From Tubulanus polymorphus (taxonomy: Eukaryota > Animalia > Nemertea): 64,000 nt of DNA. The notes under the pieces are model-generated. The model had not been told where the DNA came from. It was given only the letters and a program-made list of their open reading frames with translations, and did not search any database. Made by a program: the position numbers and the translations under genes. Of this stretch, positions 14,473-27,500 are shown piece after piece; positions within the stretch are counted from its first letter, which is position 1, and the number at the start of each line of letters is the position of its first letter. The stretch lies in NCBI RefSeq assembly GCF_964204645.1, contig NC_134026.1, positions 3,681,950 through 3,745,949 on the forward strand, written 5' to 3'.

Positions 14473-17400
14473 GAGAAAAGGCGCACAACTAATCAAAAGT
14501 ACACGAAAGAATTATTTAGTTTATTATTCTTTTCTTTCTGTGACGGATGGTCTACGGTGATGTATTATCGAATCAGGTGTCTTGTGACCAACCCGCTGAA
14601 ACATTTCGACAGCAGCCGCAACAAAAATTATTGCGAGCATTTTTACACCGTCGACTATTGTGTGGTGCGATACAACACCAAACGACGCAACGAAAAACAA
14701 TGAGAACCGTTACGGATAAACCATGCATTCTTAATGATAAACTAATGGTGTAATTATAGAGATATTTCCCGTGTGTTGATAACTACAACACCATGCGAAA
14801 AACTAATACAGCTCACAAAATGTGATCACATTTCTGTAATATCAGAGCAGTCTTAACATATCACATCAGAAATTCCTATTCATTTCTAGAATTCGAAATA
14901 AATATGTATTCAGGGGAAAACATGGTCAGACCAAAGACTCAATTGAAGGCAAAATGGAGCATCCATCTCGAGAGACTGTATCATAACCTGTTATTATTTG
15001 AAGATGTCATTAGAACAAATATATACCAAATATTCGAATAATCCGATAAGAGTAAATTACATAGAAAAACCCAGTAATCGGTATTATGAGTCAGAATGCA
15101 GAAAATCCTATATACTTGATTTTTGTTGAACTCAGTAAAATGTTTCTTGGTAATCTTGAAAAAAACTACACTTCGAGATAAGAGAATATTGATGGAGGAT
15201 TCATTTCATATCAATACGCCAGAACCATGAAACGAACTATCCGTTCATTGTGTTAATGTACGAAAATACTGTGAATATCTCCATGAGTGAACTGTTGGAG
15301 ATATGGGAAGAGAGAGGGAGAGAGAGAAAAGCTAATTGCTACTGTAATAAGCTTCATAAAAGATTAAACAACTTCGTAGGGTGATGTCCATTCAAAGCCA
15401 CCACCGGCCTTCAAAGTTATTTAACCACGATGTTCCTCATTAGCAAAGTTGATATTGTCTCGACTTCATTTATCTATTATTAAGTTCTATTGTTAGGGTA
15501 TGAAACAACTGAAAAGTGTACCGTAACAATCAGAATGTAACAGTGTCACAAATACAGGCTTGAAAGAGGATAATCATAAGAAGATGATAGCATCAATAAT
15601 ACATTAAAGGCGGGCTCCTCAGTTGAAGATCAAATTCTGTCAAATTCTAGCTGAACCCAGTTCCACAGTTTTAAAAAGATATTAATCTGTGAATCCAGTT
15701 CCACAGTTCCACAGTTCCACAAACGATGGAAAACAATTTAATTCAATGTATCAAAGACTTTTAAGTCAAATTTCAGATTTCCAAGATCCAGATTCCATCA
15801 AATTAGACACGCTTCCATCAAGCAACATGAATTTTTAAATGTATTCTGATATGGCCCATCAACGCTAAATTTCTTCCAGCACAATTCATATCTTCGAAAA
15901 TGTACATTCAATACAATATATCTAAAACATTTTCTGTAAATATTAGTAGTGTCCCTAGATTTTAAGGAGTGCACTTCATCATTTGCGTTGCCTAAGTTCA
16001 AATTTGTCACCGCGTCTGTTTTAACGAAATTCAATCGGAATCTGGATATGTTTTTCATCACCCAGTAAACGAGTGAGATCTGGTTAGATATCATGCGGCG
16101 GAGTTAATACCACCATTTATTCGTGAATAATGCACAACGAAGCTCCCGCTGTCGTTAATGGAAACAAAAACGGAATTTAGAATTGTCTTTGACTCGTAAA
16201 ACGAGCCGTAAACCTTCTCATAAATGGCATCAACACGGACTAACGAGCCGAGGAAATAGAACAATGTGGATCACTTTCCAGTTTATCAAAACCTCATTTC
16301 AGTAGTGGGCTAAGATTTATCCGAAATTTCTTAGATTTCTTAGATTTAGACTAAAGAACAGACTGAATATATAAGCAAATAAGGATTATTTCATCGAACT
16401 GCACATACAATATTTAGCCGCGAAAAATGTATATCACTTGACTTTTCCCTTGAACGAATGAATGTATAGGGAATCATGTATTTATTGTAGGATAAGTTAA
16501 TTTTCATGCATTGAGAGGACAATAGTACACTAAAGGCAAAATTGAAAGTTCCTAATCTTTGATAGAATTGAAATATCGCATTAGAATCAGGACATTTTCA
16601 ACCACATTTGACAACGTTAGATGACACTGTTAGGTAGGTCAGGTAACTCATCACCTATTCGAACCCAGTGGTTTTCGCACTCGCCGAGACGAATAATTAG
16701 AACATATACGACGCGTAACGAAGCTGCCATGTCATTAAACATAAAACAAAGATAGGAAGGAAGAACGTATCAACTGTCCATCAAAGATGCTGAGTTGGTC
16801 ACCTTAAGCTAAGCTGGCGCCACGTTGAGTGTCAGTAGACTTTATACCTGGGTCGGCAAATTCTAATCCGTCATTAATACAATACACGGCAGCAATTTTT
16901 TAACGGCAAAAGTATTATCTAAATCTTCACAATAGGGGCCCATGAAAATATCATTCGATAAAAACAGGATTTTCCCATTTCCGCCGAGTGAGCTGCTCTC
17001 TAAATAAAAGGTTACGCAGTAAGTGAAACTGTACCTAACTGCTGGTTTTCTTTTTTTTTGTCGTCGACGCTTTTACTAATTCATGTACAATTTGAGTCCA
17101 GATACATCATAGGCATACTGTCCAAAAATCAAACGGTTTAAGTTCGATTTTTTTCTAACAATAACGTAGAAACATGAATAACTTGTTTTGAAATTGACAC
17201 AATTTTTGATTTTAGGAAAAGAGATTATTTTTTAAATTGTTGAGTTTCTAAGAATCTTTAACCGGAGCAGTTTAATCTGATTTTTTACCAGTTGATCTAG
17301 ATACCGAATAAAAAAACAGGTATATACCATAGAGGAAGTAGAAAAGACGCAGAAATGCAGTGGCAGCACTTTATAGAGAACTTCAAGCAAAAAGAGAAAG

Positions 17401-20400
17401 TGGGTGGTATCGAATATTATTTTCGATCTGTCAATCAAACATCAGCTGTCAATTGATGAGTCACAGGAATAGGAAGGTACGGTATAATGCAGATAGAAAC
17501 CCGATTTCAAAAAACTGTGCAAAGAAGTGTTTATTAGATAATCAACTGATCAATTATTGAATGATAATCATGAAATTCGTGTTACTGATTTGTAGTTACC
17601 ATTTCACCTCATTCAACAAGATTTCAAATCTTTGTATTGTCTACAACTCATTCGATATAGAAAATATGAAAGGGTTTTAATACTACAACAGAGGCGATAG
17701 TAGCAGTTTGAAATTTGAAATATCGAAATATGAGTGTTGATTCTTTTTTTTCAGAAAAAAAGATACGTTTCCAAGTGAAATTCATTCAATTCGTGCTCGG
17801 ATCAATACCGGAACAAATCGATTGTTCAAACGTTCCTGAACATTCTCATCATCAACAATTACTAAAAACCGATACAGTATTTAACCCTTTGTCTTTGAAA
17901 CCGCACCGCCATTGTGTAATCCGATACTACGAGAGACCGCGATTCACGAACGTATACAATTTCAATGTATAAATACGTATCTTTTTTCATATCGATAATC
18001 ATTGTACCCGGCTGAAATAATGTTAATGAATTTGACGTGAAATATTGATTTTGTGAGGTTAATCTGAGCTTGTTAGTTTGTGCCCTAGCTTCATTTCTAT
18101 CGTGTATCGACAAATCATTTTAAGTGACAGAATTTAACCCATGAGCCTGTTTATATATCATACATTTATATTGTGCGCATGGTAAAAATTCTGTTGCCGC
18201 AAATATATTGAATGTCATCTCAGATCTGCGTGAACATCAGAGCAATAGAGCCATCATCGCTAGAAATATCCCGCCCTTCACGAAGAGATGTATCGCGCAG
18301 CGTGTTCAACCTTTACGTCAATTTACTGCAACCTTTAGCTCTAATCAATTCGATGAAAGGTGTATCTGACGACAAATGAGAATTTTTCCACCCTGGCATC
18401 AATACCGTTGTTTATATACGTTTAAGATAAGAAAGTTACGACGCTGCATGGAAAGCAACGAAACTTGGTATTTTTATTCGTAAAAGTTAACGCGAGAATT
18501 ACCATGAAAATCGTGGACAATGTAAAATAAGATAGTGATTGTGTTCATGATGTTTTTGCATTATTTCTCGTTGTTTGTGTCTTTGTTTCTTTTGTAATTG
18601 TTAAAGGTGGTACATTGCACAAACACCGGCTTTCCTTGTACGATCCTCGCTGGCCTTTTCTTACATTTCAAATTATTGTCAAAAATGTAACAGCCCAAAT
18701 TACATGTACGTATATATCACGTCGTATGGATATAAAGTATAAAAACAATAACAGTAAAATTAAGTTAATTAATAATTGCACACGATCGAATGATAGTAAA
18801 GACAGAATGAACTGAAATAGATGCCGGGAGGGATTAATGTATGAATCCATATGATTCACAACGGTATTCTGATTGGGCGTATATGGGAGTGAAAACCAAG
18901 GAACAGCTGATTTTCACTCCAATATTCATAACATCGTTTCGAAAAGCCGAACGTTTTTATTTTTCAAAGATTAAGAAGTCGTATTCAAAGGGATCGGATA
19001 TAACTATTGACGTAATTACCAGAATTATCATGTATCTTGCTTTCTACTGACTAAAAACGAAGGCGCATCAAACCTCAAACGTTTCCAGAATCGACCATCG
19101 CTTATACCGCTGTACCGAATCAAAGGCTTGGATGTTTTTTTTTCTGTTCAACGTGACCCTGTAGAGGCCTTTACTGATTTGAGCGCGGACGCTTGTGCGC
19201 ATAGGACGGATGTTTGAATTTTCCTCAATTCCGAGCAGGTAAAAAGATATCAAACATAATCTACATGATTCAGTCATCGCGTTCCCTTGACCGATCAATG
19301 GTAAAGATGACGCCCTACATGTTTATCAAATCAAGGAACGTCGTAAGAAAGCCATCAAGATCGGATGCAAAGCGAATGTTTTGACGTTCGATGCTGGACG
19401 CGTCCTCTGTAAAACAGGCTCACAAATTGAAGAAAATAGGAACGGCTAAGTTGTTTTTGGTGTTACCCGCAATATCACAGTGAAATTATCAATATATCAC
19501 AAGTGAATATTCGTTCTGAGGATGCGGAGAAAATGTGTTTGGTTATGAGGATAAAAAAGGCTGTCTCGTAGCCTACACACAGTGAAGAATGTCACTTTCT
19601 GCAACATAAATTCATGCAAACTACACTTCATTATGAGTACGCTAGTTGTTTCAAAAATATTCAATACGGCTGGCTTTATAGGCCAGATCTAACTCTAAAC
19701 CAATCTTTACACAAATCATTTGGTGTATATATAATTAGAATCTCTATGATAATTCGTGCACTGTCAAAACATCATTTTTCATTCGTACACAAAGAAATGC
19801 TTAATAACTGCAACTTCACAAAGATTAACAAACGCGGAGCTTCGTTTAAAAATCTAGTTCGTGAGATTTACCACCCAGATAAATGAAATCCTACCTGGTA
19901 TCAGCGAGCCGTGTCTGCTGTCGCCAGTTACACCAGATAATAGTCCCCTAATCACCGCGCCAATAATGGAAGCAAAATACCACCATTCGAGGAAAGTTCC
20001 TTAATCACCATATAATAACTCGCAAAGAATAAATATACATCGGCGCACAATAGCGCAGACCAGCCCCTGTCTTCTGCGACTACAATGCGGGCAAACGAGG
20101 CTATTTTCTCCGTCCATCCGAGCGTCTGTAACAGGCAGTAGGTCAACAGTCTCGTTTATTGTTCGTCAAAGATCCAAACATCTCGCCGGTAAGCCGGCAT
20201 GATCTGACTCCACGCTCTAAAACGATCAGCTTTCCGCCACTATACGACAATAACCGCTAGAACAATCCTGAGCCATCGTTTTTTTTTTTCAATACGCCGC
20301 GAAACTTTCGGTGGTGGAATTGACGGCTAAAACATCAAAGTATTAACTCTGTATAAAAGGCGAGAGTCTACGACGTCTGTCTTTATTAGCGAGGGCCTCC

Positions 20401-21518
20401 GTGGCACCAAAACTCTTTTGGGGTAAAATACCCACGACATTGATTAGATCAAGCCAGACACTGAACGCGCAAAGTCTCTTTTTTGAGTGACCGAAAGAAA
20501 AGACGTTAAGTGAAGAATTTCACAAAACGAATACAAAAAAACCAAAAAATATGGCGCCCTTTCTGGCCGATTGGGGACTTAAAGCTCGAAGCAAAAATTG
20601 TATTTTCACGAGCGAGAAATGAAAGAAATCATTTTTACGTAGCCTGATGAAAAGCGCCTCGAGGCTCTGGGTATTCTAATCATTTTTTAGTTTTTATTAT
20701 CCGCAATATCGGAGATGAAGGAAACCATGCATAGATACACAGAATCATGTATATATCTATCTATGAATATATGTATATGTATATATCAATAGCCAAAGGG
20801 GACAAAGACAATGACAATAATCTGTACAATAAAATCATCTTTTTATTCACCGAATGACAGAATGAAAAGGTTAATGAAGTACTGATCGTGAATAAAGTTT
20901 ATAATTCTATTTCATTTCGGAACAATGGTGAAATATATTCCGATTACCGCTAATAAAGACGGACAATTTTCAAAAATCAAATGTAAAATATCTCTGAACA
21001 AAGCGTGCTCGATTGAACTTGATATAGATGGATGAATCAAAATATACCAAACAAATAATAAAAAATGATGGAATGTACTGGGCATTTTATATTGATTTGA
21101 GGATTAGTCACTTTTCCGCCATTCTTAACACTGGACAAATGGAAAATGACCAGTAATCGTCGTAAGGGTCTGCATGTAACTGATTGATCGGCGAAGACGA
21201 TAGAATAGAAACAAGGACGAGGTCAAGAGCTGTGAGACATCGACAGAGTCATCACCGACACTCCAGGCATTAGTTGATGGAGGATAGAGGATAGTTTTAC
21301 TGGTGCCAGTACGACTCTCTAATGCACAACAAACAAACACAACACGACATAACGATAACCTACGATTTTTAGTGAGTTCTTTTTTTCTGTTTCAAACCTT
21401 TACAATTTCGTGTATTAGTTTCCGGATATGATTGGGAAACCGTAACTTGAAACAAATATCACTAGGCATTTCATACATCATGCAAGGACATACGTTGGTA
21501 TTCGAATTTTTTCCTTAC

Positions 21519-21569
21519 CTTTCCTCCATTTTGCTCCACGATGATTCCACAAGTTCGAGCAACAGCGAC
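21519..21569 (-). other. Candidate 51-nt exon of an unidentified minus-strand gene (5' UTR + ATG GAG GAA AG, or internal exon)
   Basis: Minus strand reads ttgtctcttcag|GTCGCTG...AAAATGGAGGAAAG|gtaagg: strong acceptor and donor, open in all three frames. Confidence 0.45.
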
Positions 21570-24500
21570 CTGAAGAGACAACCAGTAAGTGCGATATTTA
21601 TATACTCAAATTATCATTCGATCAAAATAAGTCTACTATTTCAAAATGCGTTCGAGCAATTTTTCAAACGCGATACGGAAATAATTGACAAGAAGAATGA
21701 TGTCACTTACTGAAATGACAATGTGGGGTGATATCTTTTTAACGGTAACTCCTCGGGCGAGATCTTTTGAATTTCTATATATTCACAGTCTAGCTAATGG
21801 CAAGACATCATTTTTCACACCTTTTTGCCCGAAACCGCCATTTATGTGTCAGTGTCCATAAAAATACACAGTATCATATCATCTTAGTCGCAGGAAAATT
21901 ATCAAAGCACCACCCTAGCCGTAAGATTTGAAATAATATGATATATTCCCATGAAATCGATAAAAACAAACAAAGCGAACGATTTCAAAATGAAACAATA
22001 CAAAATGTTGCTGAAGTTGAGAAACGATAGTCTGTAAAAACAGAAACCGTGGGAATTCGTTATCAACTCTACAATTAATTAGTTAAATTTATGCAAATAA
22101 CTAGAAAATACAACGACTGCAGTACGACAGACGGAAAAGTGTCTAAGAAACTTCAAAAAGCGGAATAGTTGTATTATGTAAAACTTCAAGGATCATTTTA
22201 GTAAAGGAACGAACCGGCCCTTCATCCCCCTGGAGAATAGAGGGAACGACTCTTGAAACATAGTACAGCTCAAGGCTAGGAAAAAAATGTTCTATACGAA
22301 TCAGAAAGATATCGCGTGTCATTTCAATCGAAATTACTTACTCGGAGGGATATAGAGTGCTACTGAAATAGCAAGAGATTGGAGCAATGTGGACTAAACC
22401 AAGTCTCACGTCTGGCTCGCTTCTCATGCGTTAGAAAACATTCAATCTGATGATTATAAATTGGCGCTTTTTACTAGGGAAAACTGAACGCAATTTTCAA
22501 CCGAGGATATGACGGTAATAACGATTAAATATTAACGCTATCATCAACATAAAACAATGCACATAACGCTAAAAACGAAACATTATTGAATGGATTTTTT
22601 CCTGACCTGTCAACATTACGTCAAATTTGATAAGAATCGAGCTAAAAAATTAATTGGACTGGATATGACAGAGGAACGCGCAGCGCGTGGCTATCGAAAT
22701 GAGCTTCGTCGTCTTCATGAATTATGTGTCGGATCGGGCGTCACGACTAGGTGAAACCTTGCCGCGTCACGAAATGTTCGCCGGCAACATTTGCAATTAA
22801 AACAACGCTCGAATGCACGAAATATTCATGAGATTTGCAGCAATCTGTGTCGATGTATCAGACACCGATCGCGAATTGAACAATTCACCCTTAAATACTT
22901 CATACAACAAGTTAGTATCAGATCCATAGAAACACGCGTTATTCGGGAAAGCGTCTAATCGAACATACGACACTGCACTATAATCCGAATAGCAAAACAT
23001 TCCCCTGTTACAACTTACAATATCGAGGTAGAGAGAGTTTTCCTTCATTTGGTTGAACCATGGACGTATATAGACTAGTTTATACGCCCATGGTTGAACC
23101 ATTTCTATTGTTTATTATACATGAGTTGACAAATTCAAAATTTGGATTTTATTGATATGGCATTCGTTTGAAGAAGTTCTTTGATCCTCGGAAGATATTT
23201 TCCAGGAGATTGCTGTTCTAGGCCTGGAATCTATCTGGAGTTTCTTGAAATGATGGTCCTTTCCCGGGAAAACTGAATGGTACGCCAAAATTCGGTCAAA
23301 CAATAAAGCAAAAACTACGTTCCGAACCCAATAGCTACAACGATTTGATTGTTTTCGGGTGAGTATTTGAAACGCCCCAGTCATAATCATATCATCTGGG
23401 ACTACAGACTAACACTTGTTATAGATTATGTATGAAATCATCAGACATAATTATGTAAAAATCTATGAAATATTGATGGGTAATTGATATGCGAGGAATT
23501 AATGTTGGTACATACTCGTCTAGGTACCAAGTATGTCCCAAAGACACGCTTTTTTCGTTTATGGCGGTAAAAGTGACTGGAATTGGCTGTAAACTATAGA
23601 ATATATGACAGACGGGAGACCTCATGGCACCGGCGATACCACGCCAACCTGAAACGCGCATAATCACAACAAAAGCTGAACGGTGTCGCAGTCGGAAAAC
23701 TGAGGAAATAAAAAACTGTTCGCTTTGTGACACGACCGGCTGAAAAACTTGACGTTCAGTGTTCAGGAAACACCAGCAACGGTGATGTAAATAACCTAAC
23801 CCATAAAAAATCGAGTCGTGCGTCTAAAAGCTGATCAAGCTACTGTGGCTATAAAAACAATGTATTGGGGGCCGGGTTTATTGCGAAATCGTAGGCAGGA
23901 GTGCAACGAAGCACTCGAAAAAAACCAGAAAAAGGCCATAAATTTGACACAGTGCCTGCTGATAATTGGAATAAGAGGGCAATATATAAACACGCATTAA
24001 TGACGTCTAATTTGATGGCTGTGTCGCTGTCACGCATTGGGAGGTTGCTTTTCAGGTATACGCCGATATAAATTATCGGTAAAAATGAAACGATAAGTTT
24101 TTAAAACACGAGAATGCACTCATTTCTCAGAAGGAGAGTGACTTGGCCGAGGTACAAGTAAAAGGCATCACGGAACGTTATATGGATCGAGCCGACAAAA
24201 TGAGACAAGTTCGCCGATAGATTAGTCATAGAATACACAAAAAAGTTGTCGAACCAGCGATGAGCGCAATCAATACACAAAGAGTGTATAACCTACCTGC
24301 AACGAGTTCACCGAAATTTGTTGAATAAGTTTCGGCGAAAAAAATGAATTATCAAAAACTTTTCATAAGCTTCTTCCATCGCCGGCTCAGTCGATGACAG
24401 CAAATTAATGCCTTCAAAGAGTTGCCGATTATATTTTCATGAGTTAGCCATGTTTTCATGGACGGGAAACCTGGAAAATTGTCTCTGTGAAATTGAGAAC

Positions 24501-27500
24501 ATTTGATGTTTTTATGCAAACTGATTAAGCGTCTTGTGTCATCTGCAACGCTTATTGATAACGAAGATGATTAGAAGCAAATGACGGAGTTGACTGGATC
24601 AGGTGCAATCTAGACGTTGCATCACACGGGGCCCCGTTTGTCGTCGTTCGGGATGAAAACAACGGAAATGATCAGTCTCTTAATTTGTCGAGAATTGAAA
24701 TGCCACGCTCATTAACAGACGATGACGCAAAACATCCCCCACGCGACGCGAAATATCACACGAAGCCGTGAATTAAGATAATGAAAGTATAGAGAAAATA
24801 TATTCAATAACAACAACAACAATTACAATCCAACCTCCATTTCAGTTAAAATTTACAAATACAATTTATTTAAATCAATTTCAACAATTGATCTTCATAG
24901 GAGGAATTATGTAACATTAGAAAAACAAATCCAAATTCCAACTCAGTTTATCTTCAGTTTTCTGTTCAGTTAGGGGTCATAGGGTCATAGGGAGTACGCA
25001 ATCAGTTTATCCATTTCACACTTTTGTCAACTATTTACGGTGCCAAAATATCAATCAAATGGAAGGCGACATTTGATCGCCAACTGCTTGTCGGTAACAG
25101 TCCGCCAGCAACTCAACAACACGCCATATTTCCGACAAAAGCACATAATATTTGTTGTACGTCAAAAACGACGGGGATGCTTGTCGCAACATACGGGCCA
25201 CGGTTCTCACTTGGTCTAATTACGGGCCCGTATTTGTAATACTGTCGGAAAAATGGGGCTATTCGGAGTTCATTAGATAGATTTCACGGTGGATTCGAGG
25301 ACAGGCGTCCACGACCGGAGGAGGGCTATACCGTAGCCTCGGGAGATGCATTCAATTCCATCTTCATTAAGACATCTTGGTCTATTAGACAGGATAATGA
25401 AGCATAAATGGAGGCTGAGAGGGATGCCGCGGATGGCTAGGCACATGAGAGTTGCCGATTACCCATCAGACGTAAGGCAGGCGGCCGTTATTTGAACAGT
25501 CGCGTCAACTCTCACCGATTCATAAATCAAGTCCACACTGTCAAATAATAACTCCAAACATAGCCGCTGCTTCGACAATCACTTCAATACAGACCAGTGG
25601 AGGTCTAAACGCCAGACTACGACAGGCCAGACCACAAAACCGTCTGACTAAACAGCCCGTAAAAAGCGTTTGAAAATTAATCAAATAACCATCCAAATTT
25701 ATTGCCATATGGTCCGAACAATAGTTAAGCCATGAATAACCCAGGAGAAGTTGAATTTTCTTCCAAACGTGATTGATGAACGGGTCGCATTCACAGCATC
25801 CTTCGGTATTTCTTTTGAAATGTATTTCAGCTTAATGAAAATTTATCAACAAGTTTAAGAATAACGAACCTCACGAGATATGTGTAGTTTATACATAGTT
25901 TACATTTCTCTTTTTTTCTTCTTTTCTTTTTGAAGGACCTGTTTTAGATAAACTATTTCTTTGTTTCTACAGACCCCTCCAAGTATAATTTACTGTATTT
26001 TGTAAACTTTATACTGTAAATTACATTTGAAAATTAAGCGTTCATTCATTCATAGATAGTTGTAGTTTATAAATAATAAGTACGAAGAGACATTTTTTGA
26101 AATCGATTATTAGTAAACTATAGGAAGGATAAGGGATAATTGTGGATGATTGGAATGTGTCTGTATTTATTAGAATTTTCATATACAATCAATTATCATC
26201 GGAATAATATTTGTGTAAACTGTGAAAACAAAACAAAAAGAAAGACACAACAAAATTCCGCAATGGTTGACATTCATGGCCTATTCGCCATGCGATCAAA
26301 TGAAATGACAAATTTCTACGACTTCTATGCGAATGTTTATCAAACAAAGAACAACGAAATTGATAAAATGAAGACGTACAATGTTTATTTATTTTCTATT
26401 TTTGGTTACCCCGTAACATAAACAGCTGCAGATTTGCCATTTCACTCGAAAAAAAAAACATGTGGGAAAAAACAATTGTCGAAATGTGACATTGGCGACA
26501 GTCGCAGCGTGTTGGTGTTGACGAGTTCCTGCGTCGCCTTCAAAAGTCATTCGCGCAAAAAGTGAAAACCTTTCGCTGATAAAGGACGTAACTAGACACC
26601 GTATAATTACTCGACAAAACCTACTTTTACTAAAATTACCGATAAGATTCGATAGTTACCAACAACTAAAGCCGACCATGCTGCATACACACAACGCCCA
26701 CATCTGCCAAAAGATCCAAAAAACTGATTACTTTTCAGGCGCGGCCACTGAGCAGACTATTTGATACAAAGGTCAATGATTTGACGATGTGTGACTGCGA
26801 TAACGAACAATTTTCTATTGTTCGAATTAAAATTGGCTCGGAGAAAAATAAGAATTTACAAACAATAGACGTAATAGTGCTTTTTGTCGTTAATTCAGGC
26901 ATTAGTGGTCAAATTCATCGACGCTAAAATCACCTTCAGGCAGACGTAGGAAGTCATGAATAAATAATCAAATCAGAAAATAAAAATTACCAAGAATGTG
27001 AGAGATTAAATCGAAAGAAATTACCAAGAATGTGGCAGATCCATTCCTTCGTGCAGCCAATTTCTTAGACGTTGGTTAATGTCAAACATGGGACAAAAAT
27101 ATTGCGACTGGTGTAGAAACAATAGTTACCATCACTTGAACTTGAACTTTGAACTTTGAACACTTTATTTTTCAAATATGATATACAGCATAGTGTGGCA
27201 TTCACTTTGGGTGAATGCCTTAAAAAACCTTCAAGAAGAGCCTAAAATGTCCTGAGCCAGAAAGGGTCTGATTGAAGTACAGATTCACCCCAACTGTAAA
27301 CCCGTATGTTTTGTGAAAATATAAAAACTCTGATGGTTTGGAGAACTATGTTTTCTTGAAGGTCGATAGTGTCTAATTCCCAGCCCTCTGAATCCAAGTG
27401 CGGTTAACGTAAGCATGGGTTACAGCGTGTCTGACGGCGTTAGTCACATGGAAGTAACTAAACCTGACTCGGATGCAAGGCAGATTTCGTCGTTACAAAG

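Noticed and set aside
19683-19696. Match to the first 14 nt of miR-750 (CCAGATCTAACTCT)
   Set aside because: 3' end diverges and there is no precursor hairpin with a star arm
27196-27223. miR-124-like GGCATTCAC...GCCTTA
   Set aside because: Only a 9-bp inverted repeat; the central sequence does not match miR-124
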